Shown: positions 17,418 to 25,515, counted from the stretch's first letter. The stretch is DNA of 25,583 bases from Crocinitomicaceae bacterium (GCA_011522905.1 WTIB01000314.1:1-25583); one strand, 5' to 3'. The notes: a model not told the origin generated them from the sequence alone. Numbers and translations are program-made.

Positions 17418-20400
17418 ATGAAATTTTTAAGCGTACTATTTTTTGCAGTGGCCATTTCCGCTTGCGCACAGGAGAAAAATTCAATAGAAGCAAGTACCGT
17501 ATCGAATTTAAAGTTCAGATTGGTTGGTCCAGCTCTTACCTCAGGAAGGGTCTCAGATTTGGCGATTCATCCTTCAAATACAGATACATGGTACATAGCA
17601 ACAGCATCGGGAGGTTTATGGAAAACTGAAAATCATGGAATTACTTTCAAACCCATTTTTGATTCATACAGTTCTTATTCTATTGGTTGTGTAGAGGTAG
17701 CTCCAACAAATCACAATACGGTTTGGGTAGGTACCGGAGAAAATAATAATCAGAGATCGGTATCTTATGGTGACGGTGTTTACAAATCATTAGATGGAGG
17801 AAAGTCATTTAAAAATATGGGATTAAAAAGTAGTGAACATATTGGAAGCATTGTAATTCATCCTAATGATGAAAACACACTTTGGGTCGCAGCATATGGC
17901 CCATTGTGGAGTAGTGGAGGTGAACGAGGTGTGTATAAATCTACAGATGGCGGAACGACTTGGAAACGAACTCTTGAAATTTCTGAAAACACAGGAATCG
18001 CCGAAGTTCACATCGACCCATCAGATCCAAATGTTTTGTATGCTTCCGCTCACCAGCGTAGAAGACGAGAATGGACTTTCATCAGTGGAGGGCCAGAGTC
18101 AGGATTATATAAATCCATAGATGGGGGTGAAACTTGGAGGGAAATCAATAAAGGCTTACCTGCCGGATATATGGGTAGGATAGGTATGGCTATCTCACCT
18201 GCAGATCCAAATGTTGTTTATGCGATTGTTGAGGCCAGATATGGCAAAAATGGTTTTTATAAATCGACCAATAAGGGAGAAAATTGGAGTAAACAAAGTA
18301 GCTATTCTACGAGTGGAAATTATTATCAGGAAATATTTTGCGATCCAAAGAATGTAGACAAAGTTTTCTCAATGAATACCTACCTTCATCATACTGAAGA
18401 TGGGGGTAAAAACTTTAAAAGAACTGGAGAGAAAGGAAAACATGTAGATAACCATTGTATATGGATTGATCCTACGAATACAAATCATTGGGTTGTAGGA
18501 TGTGATGGAGGTGTTTATGAGACCTATACCCATGCTAAAGAGTGGCGTTACCATGCCAATATTCCCATCATCCAATTCTACAAAGTAGCTACGGATAACG
18601 ATTATCCTTTTTATAACATTTACGGAGGAACGCAAGACAATAATTCAATGGGTGGGCCTTCGGCAACCATAAATGCCTCTGGTATTTTAAATTCAGATTG
18701 GTTCATTACCAATGGAGGTGATGGTTTTGAATCGGCTACAGATTGGGAAAATCCAAATATTACATATGCACAGGCACAGTATGGGTGGATTGTTCGTTAT
18801 GATAAAGCTTCGGGAGAGAAGGTGCCTATTCAACCTATGCCCGGAGATGGAGAAGCTGCCTATCGCTGGAATTGGGATTCTCCTCTTTTGGTTTCGCGAC
18901 ATAACGCCTCGACCATTTATTTTGCTGCGAACAAATTATTCAAATCAACAAATAGGGGAGATGATTGGGTGACCATTTCTCCAGATTTATCAAGACAGTT
19001 AGATCGGAATAAGCTCCCTGTTATGGGGCAGGTTTGGACAATGGATGCGGTAATGAAAAATAAGTCTACCACCATTTACGGAAATATTGTGGCTTTAGAT
19101 GAATCACCAATTAAACAAGGACTCTTATACGCAGGAACAGATGATGGATTAATTCAAATCACCACTGATGATGGTAAATCTTGGTCAAGAGTAGATAATA
19201 TTAAAGGTGTTCCTGAGCGAACCAAAGTGAATATGTTGACGGCTTCATTACATGATGAAAATGAGGTTTTTGTTGCTTTTAATAGTCAACGGGATGGAGA
19301 TTTTACTCCTTATCTATTGCGCTCTGCGGATCAGGGTAAAACTTGGGAGAGTATTTCCTCTAATCTTCCTGAAAGAGGAAATGTTTATTGTATAAAGCAA
19401 GACCATATCAATCCTGATTTACTTTTTGTAGGTACGGAATTTGGTGCTTTTTTCTCTATTGACAGGGGGCAGAGTTGGACGAAGCTGAGTGGTTTGCCCA
19501 CGATTGCGGTTTATGACTTGGATATTCAGCAAAGAGAAAATGATTTGGTAGCAGGAACTTTTGGTCGTGGATTTTATGTTCTAGATAATTACGCTCCTTT
19601 AAGAACACTTGGAAGTGAAATATTGGATAAAAGGGCGCATTTATTTGACATCAAAGATGCCTTATTGTATGTACCAGCAACTCCATTGGGAAGTCGTGGA
19701 ACGGGCTCGCAGGGGCATAGCTTATGGTCGGCAAAGAATCCTTCTTATGGAGCGAGTTTTAACCTGTACCTGAAAGATGTTGGACAATCTTTAAAATCCA
19801 AGCGTCAAAAGAAAGAAAAGGAGCTTGAAAAAGAAGGAGAAGATGTATTTTATCCTTCTTTTGAAGAGATAAGAGCAGAAGACTTAGAGGAAAAAGCACA
19901 GCTTGTATGGCAAATATTTGATGCTGCTGGAAATGAAATCAGACGTATGACTTCATCACCATCAAAAGGCATAGTCAAGCAAACATGGGATTTAAGGACA
20001 AATAACACCAATCCAATAGGTTCTCGAGGGAGTGGCTTTTTAGTTACACCCGGTGAATATTCGGTAAGTGTGATTCATGTTAAAGATGGGAAATCAGAGG
20101 TGCTCATTGACAAGAAAAAGTTCAATGTTAAAGGCTTGAATAATCAGACATTAATCGCAAAAAATCCTGAAGCACTGAAAGCATTTAGAGCTGAGCTGGC
20201 AGAACTGAATAGACAGGTAAGTGGAACTGAAAAAGTAATGCAAGAAACAAAGGAGAAGATTGATATCATCGAAAAGGCCTTATTGGGTTATCCGAATGCG
20301 GATTTGGATTTAATGGAAACCATAAGAAGTATGAAAGTCACTTATAAGGACCTTGAAGTGAAAATGTGGGGTGATGATGCCAGGTCCTCCAGAGATTTTG

Positions 20401-20633
20401 AAACTGTACCAAGTATTTCAAGTAGATTGGGTATGGTCGGGTATCAATTATATCAAAATACAACTGGAGTTACCAATACCCATCGTGCAAATAAAAATAT
20501 TGCAGAAAAACAGTACAAAGAACTTAAAACTAAATTGAATCAAATTCTTTCATACTTAGATGCTGTGGAGAAAAAACTAGAGGGTATTATTCCATATACA
20601 AAATCAAAGGGAGAAGACTGGAAAAAAGACTAA
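17418..20633 (+). CDS. Large exported Asp-box (BNR/VPS10/sortilin-like) beta-propeller protein with a C-terminal Ig-like domain and coiled coil; family usually labelled 'glycosyl hydrolase'
   Basis: LRFR/LKFRLVGPALTSGRVSDL-type N-terminus; about 11 Asp-boxes (YKSLDGGKSF, YKSTDGGTTW, YKSIDGGETW, HHTEDGGKNF, FKSTNRGDDW, QITTDDGKSW, LRSADQGKTW, FFSIDRGQSW...); GTFGRGFYVLD; FlgD-like Ig region (IFDAAG..IRR...WDLR...PGEYSV); helical tail; no T9SS CTD. Confidence 0.82.
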   Translation: MKFLSVLFFAVAISACAQEKNSIEASTVSNLKFRLVGPALTSGRVSDLAIHPSNTDTWYIATASGGLWKTENHGITFKPIFDSYSSYSIGCVEVAPTNHNTVWVGTGENNNQRSVSYGDGVYKSLDGGKSFKNMGLKSSEHIGSIVIHPNDENTLWVAAYGPLWSSGGERGVYKSTDGGTTWKRTLEISENTGIAEVHIDPSDPNVLYASAHQRRRREWTFISGGPESGLYKSIDGGETWREINKGLPAGYMGRIGMAISPADPNVVYAIVEARYGKNGFYKSTNKGENWSKQSSYSTSGNYYQEIFCDPKNVDKVFSMNTYLHHTEDGGKNFKRTGEKGKHVDNHCIWIDPTNTNHWVVGCDGGVYETYTHAKEWRYHANIPIIQFYKVATDNDYPFYNIYGGTQDNNSMGGPSATINASGILNSDWFITNGGDGFESATDWENPNITYAQAQYGWIVRYDKASGEKVPIQPMPGDGEAAYRWNWDSPLLVSRHNASTIYFAANKLFKSTNRGDDWVTISPDLSRQLDRNKLPVMGQVWTMDAVMKNKSTTIYGNIVALDESPIKQGLLYAGTDDGLIQITTDDGKSWSRVDNIKGVPERTKVNMLTASLHDENEVFVAFNSQRDGDFTPYLLRSADQGKTWESISSNLPERGNVYCIKQDHINPDLLFVGTEFGAFFSIDRGQSWTKLSGLPTIAVYDLDIQQRENDLVAGTFGRGFYVLDNYAPLRTLGSEILDKRAHLFDIKDALLYVPATPLGSRGTGSQGHSLWSAKNPSYGASFNLYLKDVGQSLKSKRQKKEKELEKEGEDVFYPSFEEIRAEDLEEKAQLVWQIFDAAGNEIRRMTSSPSKGIVKQTWDLRTNNTNPIGSRGSGFLVTPGEYSVSVIHVKDGKSEVLIDKKKFNVKGLNNQTLIAKNPEALKAFRAELAELNRQVSGTEKVMQETKEKIDIIEKALLGYPNADLDLMETIRSMKVTYKDLEVKMWGDDARSSRDFETVPSISSRLGMVGYQLYQNTTGVTNTHRANKNIAEKQYKELKTKLNQILSYLDAVEKKLEGIIPYTKSKGEDWKKD

Positions 20634-20803
20634 TTTTCAGTCGTTTCTAGTTTTTTAATTTCTTCTAATATTTCATTGGCTTCAGCTGTCAATCGATCAC
20701 TTTCGGTTCTATTGCTGGTTGACATTTTATAGGCTTGCTCTAATTTTTTTTTGTATTGGTCGTTGAGCTTTTCTTTTTTAGTTTTTCTCGTGAAGAATCC
20801 CAT
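20630..20803 (-). CDS. Lacal_2735-family small helical protein
   Basis: 57 aa GFFTRKTKKEKLNDQYKKKLEQAYKMSTSNRTESDRLTAEANEILEEI resembles the Flavobacteriales Lacal_2735 family as I recall it. Start at 20803; the track gives 20824. Confidence 0.75.
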   Translation of the reverse strand: MGFFTRKTKKEKLNDQYKKKLEQAYKMSTSNRTESDRLTAEANEILEEIKKLETTEN

Positions 20804-20848
20804 ATTCTTTTTTAATTGAAACACTTGTTTTCAAGAATATGTTCAAAT

Positions 20849-20880
20849 AAAAAAGGAACCCCAATGAAGTGATTCCTTTT
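20849..20880 (-). terminator. Rho-independent terminator downstream of fabI
   Basis: Minus strand AAAAGGAATCAC-TTCATT-GGGGTTCC-TTTTTT: imperfect hairpin plus U-tract, starting 26 nt after the fabI stop. Confidence 0.65.
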
Positions 20881-20906
20881 GTACGGTAGGTTATTAGTAA
20901 AATTTT

Positions 20907-21722
20907 TTATTCGTCTCCGAATCTTTCGATTACAGGTTGGGTTACACCAGTGTTTGAGAATCCTCCATCGTGAAATAGGTTTTGCATCGTGACGTATTTG
21001 GTTAAATCTGAGAACATGCTGATACAATAATCTGCACAGGCCATTGCAGAGGCATTACCCAATGGTGACATTTGTTCTGAGAAATTGATAAATTCATTAA
21101 ATCCTTTAATTCCTTGACCAGCAGTGGTAACTGTTGGAGATTGAGAAATGGTATTCACACGTACCTTCTTTTTAATTCCGTAGTGATATCCAAAAGAACG
21201 TGCAATTGACTCCAATAATGATTTTGCATCAGCCATATCATTGTAATCTGGAAATATTCTTTGCGCCGCAATATATGAAAGAGCTAGAACTGAACCCCAT
21301 TCATTCATGGCATCGTGCTTGTATAAAGTAGCCAGCGTTTTATGAAGTGAAGTGGCTGAAACGTCCATAGTCTGACTATAAAAACGATAGTCGTTTTCAG
21401 TGTAATGTTTCTTTTTTCTGACATTTGGAGACATACCAATAGAATGCAGAACAAAATCAATCTTACCTCCTAATATTTCCATAGATTGAGTAACCAAGTG
21501 ATCAAGCTCCTCAACGTTAGTTGCATCTGCAGGAATAATTTGACTTCCTGTTTCTTCAGCAAGTTGGTTGATTTCTCCCATTCGCATTGCAATTGGTGCA
21601 TTCGTTAATACAAATGTTGCTCCCTCTTCATGAGCCCTTTGTGCGACTTTCCAGGCAATTGACTGGTTGTTTAATGCGCCAAAGATGATTCCTCTTTTTC
21701 CTTTCAATAAATTGTTAGCCAT
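20907..21722 (-). CDS. fabI: Enoyl-ACP reductase (NADH)
   Basis: GIIFGALNNQSIAW, DFVLHSIGMS, catalytic Y-x6-K (YNDMADAK), VRVNTISQSP, TMQNLFHDGG. Confidence 0.9.
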   Translation of the reverse strand: MANNLLKGKRGIIFGALNNQSIAWKVAQRAHEEGATFVLTNAPIAMRMGEINQLAEETGSQIIPADATNVEELDHLVTQSMEILGGKIDFVLHSIGMSPNVRKKKHYTENDYRFYSQTMDVSATSLHKTLATLYKHDAMNEWGSVLALSYIAAQRIFPDYNDMADAKSLLESIARSFGYHYGIKKKVRVNTISQSPTVTTAGQGIKGFNEFINFSEQMSPLGNASAMACADYCISMFSDLTKYVTMQNLFHDGGFSNTGVTQPVIERFGDE

Positions 21723-21736
21723 CGTAATATTTTGGA

Positions 21737-21744
21737 CAAAATTA
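21737..21744 (-). promoter_or_regulatory. -7 promoter element TAATTTTG for fabI
   Basis: Exact TAnnTTTG match, 14 nt upstream of the fabI ATG. Confidence 0.6.
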
Positions 21745-21828
21745 ATAAAACTTGTTCGTCTAAACCTTAATTATGTGAATTACATGAACAAGCCATTGTG
21801 AATTGCTAAAATCAGCTAAAGTCAACGA

Positions 21829-22122
21829 TTATTGTATCTTTTTTAGATACTTCGCATCAATATAGAATGTCCCAAACGGAATTAGTGACGCGATGAAGAA
21901 TATTATGCCCTCAGACCATGACCATGTATTTCGTATGGTTAATACCAATAGCCAAAAACAATACAAAATAAATACAAGTCCATGTATCATTCCCACAACA
22001 TAATTCGGCTCCAATATTTCAAAAATATATTTTAATGGCATCGTAATTCCAAAGCAAATGTAAGATACGCCTTCAATTAAGGCGATGATTCTAAATTGCT
22101 TAACACTGAATGTATTTATCAT
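21829..22122 (-). CDS. DUF3817-domain membrane protein
   Basis: FRIIALIEGVSY...MPLKY...GMIHGLVFILY...W...ASLIPFGTF; ATGA overlap with the uvrB stop. Confidence 0.82.
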   Translation of the reverse strand: MINTFSVKQFRIIALIEGVSYICFGITMPLKYIFEILEPNYVVGMIHGLVFILYCFWLLVLTIRNTWSWSEGIIFFIASLIPFGTFYIDAKYLKKIQ

Positions 22123-24137
22123 TTAAACTGGTTTTCTATCTTCTGTAAATCTCTCATCTGATCACGAAATTTAGCAGCTTCAATAAAATCTAAATCTTTT
22201 GCTGCTTTTTCCATGAGCTTTCGAATACGTTTTATCTCTTTCTCAAGTTCTTTTTGGTTCTTGAAATTATTGGCAATTGGTGCTTGGGCTTTCGCCTCCA
22301 TTCTTTCTGCTTTTTGCGCTGATGACTCGCCATCAGCAACTTTAGTGGATTCTAGTATGACATCTTTTGATTTTTGAAGTGCTGTTGGTTCTATGCCATG
22401 CTTTTCATTATATGCCATTTGCAATTTTCTTCTCCGTTCTGTTTCATCTATGGTACGTTTCATGGATTTTGTAATTTGATCCGCAAACATGATTACATAT
22501 CCGTTAACATTTCGGGCTGCACGTCCAACAGTTTGAACCAATGATCTTTCGTTTCTCAAGAATCCTTCTTTATCAGCATCAATAATAGCTACAAAGGAAA
22601 CCTCCGGTAAGTCAAGTCCTTCTCTAAGTAGATTTACCCCAATTAATACATCGAACTGTCCAAGGCGTAATTGTCTCAAAATTTCAACCCGTTCGATGGT
22701 ATCAATTTCACTGTGTATATATCGACAAAGAATTCCCATCTTATCTAGATATTTCTGAAGTTCTTCAGCCATCCTTTTTGTCAATGTAGTTACGAGTGTC
22801 CGTTCCTTTTTTTGAATTCGGTTTTGAATTTCTGTAATTAAGGCATCTATTTGGTTTAAGCTTGGTTTTACTTCGATTACTGGATCCAATAACCCTGTTG
22901 GGCGTATTAATTGTTCAACAAGAATTCCTTCAGATTTTTCTATTTCGTAATCTGCTGGTGTTGCTGAAACATAAATGCATTGGCGAAACATGGCTTCGAA
23001 TTCTTCAAATTTTAAGGGCCGATTGTCAATCGCTGCTTGCAGTCTAAAGCCGTAATCCACCAAATTGGTTTTTCTTGCGCGATCACCACCGTACATGCCT
23101 TTCACTTGAGGTAATGTTACATGGCTTTCATCAATCACCATAAGAAAATCACTTGGGAAATAATCAAGTAAGCAGAATGGCCTTTGACCTGGAGATCGTC
23201 TGTCAAAATATCTCGAATAATTCTCAATTCCTGAGCAATAACCGAGCTCTTTGATCATTTCGAGATCATATTCAACCCTGTCTTTCAGTCGTTGCGCCTC
23301 TTCTGCTTTGCCTTCCTTTTGAAACGACTCCACTTGAAGCAATAAATCATCTTGGATTTCAACAATAGCTTGATGCGTGTTTTCTGGACTAGAAACAAAT
23401 AAATTGGCAGGGTAAATTAAAATTTCTTCTAAATTTTCAATGGTCTTAGCCGATTCAGGATCAATCGTGGAAATATCTTCTATTTCATCACCCCAAAATT
23501 CGAATCGGATGGCATAATCCGTGTAAGCCAGGTACAAATCAATTGTATCTCCCCTTACTCTAAAATTTCCTCTTTCAAAAAGATCATCAGATCTTGAATA
23601 GAGATTTTCAACAAATTTGAGGAGCAATTTATTACGTGAAATGGTTTGACCTTTTTTCAAATTAATAATACTCTTTTTGAATTCAGTTGGGTTGCCTATT
23701 CCGTAAATACAGGATACTGAGGCTACAATAATTACATCACGTCTTCCCGATAATAGGGCAGATGTTGCAGACAACCTTAGTTTTTCAATTTCATCATTAA
23801 TCTGAAGGTCCTTTTCAATGTATGTATTGGTTACGGGAAGATAGGCTTCTGGCTGATAATAGTCATAATAGGATACAAAATATTCAACTTTATTTTTTGG
23901 AAAGAACTGTTTAAACTCACCATAAAGCTGAGCAGCAAGTGTTTTATTGTGAGAAAGAATAAGTGTAGGTTTATTGACTTTTTTAATGACGTTGGCAATC
24001 GTAAACGTTTTACCACTTCCGGTTACACCAAGGAGCGTTTGTTGGTTTATGCCGGACTCTATACCGTCGATTAACTGTGAAATGGCTTCAGGTTGATCTC
24101 CTGTTGGTTGATAATCAGAAACGAGTTTGAATTCCAT
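22119..24137 (-). CDS. uvrB: Excinuclease ABC subunit B
   Basis: Walker A LLGVTGSGKT, beta-hairpin YFVSYYDYYQPEAY, DESH, LLREGLDLPEVS, QTVGRAARN, C-terminal UVR coil AAKDLDFIEAAKFRD. Confidence 0.98.
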   Translation of the reverse strand: MEFKLVSDYQPTGDQPEAISQLIDGIESGINQQTLLGVTGSGKTFTIANVIKKVNKPTLILSHNKTLAAQLYGEFKQFFPKNKVEYFVSYYDYYQPEAYLPVTNTYIEKDLQINDEIEKLRLSATSALLSGRRDVIIVASVSCIYGIGNPTEFKKSIINLKKGQTISRNKLLLKFVENLYSRSDDLFERGNFRVRGDTIDLYLAYTDYAIRFEFWGDEIEDISTIDPESAKTIENLEEILIYPANLFVSSPENTHQAIVEIQDDLLLQVESFQKEGKAEEAQRLKDRVEYDLEMIKELGYCSGIENYSRYFDRRSPGQRPFCLLDYFPSDFLMVIDESHVTLPQVKGMYGGDRARKTNLVDYGFRLQAAIDNRPLKFEEFEAMFRQCIYVSATPADYEIEKSEGILVEQLIRPTGLLDPVIEVKPSLNQIDALITEIQNRIQKKERTLVTTLTKRMAEELQKYLDKMGILCRYIHSEIDTIERVEILRQLRLGQFDVLIGVNLLREGLDLPEVSFVAIIDADKEGFLRNERSLVQTVGRAARNVNGYVIMFADQITKSMKRTIDETERRRKLQMAYNEKHGIEPTALQKSKDVILESTKVADGESSAQKAERMEAKAQAPIANNFKNQKELEKEIKRIRKLMEKAAKDLDFIEAAKFRDQMRDLQKIENQFK

Positions 24138-24175
24138 GTAATGTAAAAATAAATAAACAACGGAATGTTTTGTTC

Positions 24176-24201
24176 AAAAAAAAACGCCCTGAGGCGTTTT
24201 T
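24176..24201 (-). terminator. Rho-independent terminator after the small ORF (possibly bidirectional)
   Basis: Minus strand AAAAACGCC-TCAG-GGCG-TTTTTTTTT, starting 1 nt after the small-ORF stop. Confidence 0.8.
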
Positions 24202-24202
24202 C

Positions 24203-24349
24203 TTAATTTTTACAAACCAATATCTTCTTTCTCTTTAGTTTTTTAACTTCAAATGCCTTGCTGTAACTCAAGATAAAGTTTATTGAGGCTGAACTGGGTA
24301 AAGATTGGGTGTGAATTGGTTTACTTTCAGCAGAGTATTTATGCATCAT
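24203..24349 (-). CDS. Unannotated 48-aa small protein (below the ORF-track cutoff)
   Basis: Hand translation: MMHKYSAESKPIHTQSLPSSASINFILSYSKAFEVKKLKRKKILVCKN-stop. It fills most of the uvrB-fbaA gap and is followed immediately by a strong terminator. Confidence 0.7.
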   Translation of the reverse strand: MMHKYSAESKPIHTQSLPSSASINFILSYSKAFEVKKLKRKKILVCKN

Positions 24350-24418
24350 ACGCAATATGTTTTTTTATTAAAACGAACGATTCTTGAATTTATTTTAACC
24401 CTTCCTTTTTTAATTTTT

Positions 24419-24426
24419 TACATTTG
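24419..24426 (+). promoter_or_regulatory. -7 promoter element TACATTTG for fbaA
   Basis: Exact TAnnTTTG match, 21 nt upstream of ATG 24448; contains the TTG that the ORF track used as a start. Confidence 0.65.
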
Positions 24427-24447
24427 CAAAATCAAAACAATTTTGAA

Positions 24448-25515
24448 ATGAGTCATAACATAAAACCGGGAGTAGCTACGGGTTCAGAAGTTCAAGAAAT
24501 ATTTCGTTATGCGAAAGAAAAGAACTTCGCTTTGCCTGCTGTAAACGTGTCTTCAACCAGCACAGTGAACGCGGTAATGGAAACTGCTGCCAAGCTAAAT
24601 GCACCAGTAATTATACAATTTTCAATAGGTGGTTCACAGTTTTTCGCAGGAAAATCTTTAGACAATTCTGATCACCAAGCTGCGATTTTAGGAGCTTCAT
24701 CAGGGGCTCGTCACGTACACCGATTAGCCGAGGCTTATGGAGCCACTGTAATTCTTCATACTGACCATTGTCATAAGGCAAAATTGCCATGGATAGACGG
24801 TCTTTTGGATGAAGGGGAAAAATATTTCAGTTATTATGGAGTGCCCTTGTACAGCTCTCATATGATTGATTTATCGGAAGAGCCAATTCATGAGAATATT
24901 GAGTTGTGCAAAGTGTATCTCGAACGCATGAGCAAAATAGGAATGACCCTCGAAATTGAATTGGGCATAACTGGTGGAGAAGAGGACGGTGTTGATAATA
25001 CTGATGTGGATTCTTCCAAACTTTACACACAACCAGAAGAGGTAGCCTATGCTTATGAAGAACTAATGAAAATATCGCCAAACTTCACAATTGCTGCTGC
25101 ATTCGGAAATGTTCATGGTGTCTATAAACCTGGTAATGTCAAGTTGACTCCAAAAATCCTCAAAAATTCTCAAGAATATATTCGTGAAAAATTTCAAACG
25201 GGATACAATCCAATAGACTTTGTATTTCATGGAGGCTCAGGATCCTCTCTTGAAGAAATCCGTGAAGCGATTGGTTATGGCGTCATTAAAATGAATATTG
25301 ATACAGATTTGCAGTATGCTTTCACTGAGGGATCAAGGGATTATATACTAAATAAACAAGAATACCTGAAGAGCCAAATAGGTAATCCCGAAGGAGAAGA
25401 TTTACCCAATAAAAAATACTACGACCCTCGAAAATGGTTGCGCGCAGGGGAAATTACATTCGTTCATCGATTAGAGAAATGTTTTTCGGATTTAAATAAT
25501 CTTCACACCTTATAA
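24448..25515 (+). CDS. fbaA: Class II fructose-bisphosphate aldolase (type A)
   Basis: ALPAVNV, ILHTDH, HMIDLS, EIELGITGGEEDG, FGNVHGVY, FHGGSG, KMNIDTD, YYDPR. Start at 24448 (MSHNIKPG). Confidence 0.96.
   Translation: MSHNIKPGVATGSEVQEIFRYAKEKNFALPAVNVSSTSTVNAVMETAAKLNAPVIIQFSIGGSQFFAGKSLDNSDHQAAILGASSGARHVHRLAEAYGATVILHTDHCHKAKLPWIDGLLDEGEKYFSYYGVPLYSSHMIDLSEEPIHENIELCKVYLERMSKIGMTLEIELGITGGEEDGVDNTDVDSSKLYTQPEEVAYAYEELMKISPNFTIAAAFGNVHGVYKPGNVKLTPKILKNSQEYIREKFQTGYNPIDFVFHGGSGSSLEEIREAIGYGVIKMNIDTDLQYAFTEGSRDYILNKQEYLKSQIGNPEGEDLPNKKYYDPRKWLRAGEITFVHRLEKCFSDLNNLHTL

Noticed and set aside
13949-20633. Repetitive character of the propeller genes as a possible DNA repeat or CRISPR-like array
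   Set aside because: The repeats are degenerate protein-level Asp-boxes with divergent codons; there are no identical spaced DNA repeats and no cas genes.
24138-24200. SOS/LexA operator upstream of uvrB
   Set aside because: No CTGT-N8-ACAG or GAAC-N4-GTTC box, and GGA at 24162 is followed by N5-TTG rather than the GGA-N5-TCC motif I recall for Bacteroidota.
204-25081. About 25 short (60-88 aa) ORFs in the track nested in or antisense to long genes (e.g. 204-404, 2745-2927, 3155-3403, 4055-4276, 6191-6445, 14385-14579, 18369-18635, 20812-21027, 24827-25081)
   Set aside because: They lie entirely or almost entirely within well-supported CDSs, show no recognisable motifs, and are expected as shadow frames.
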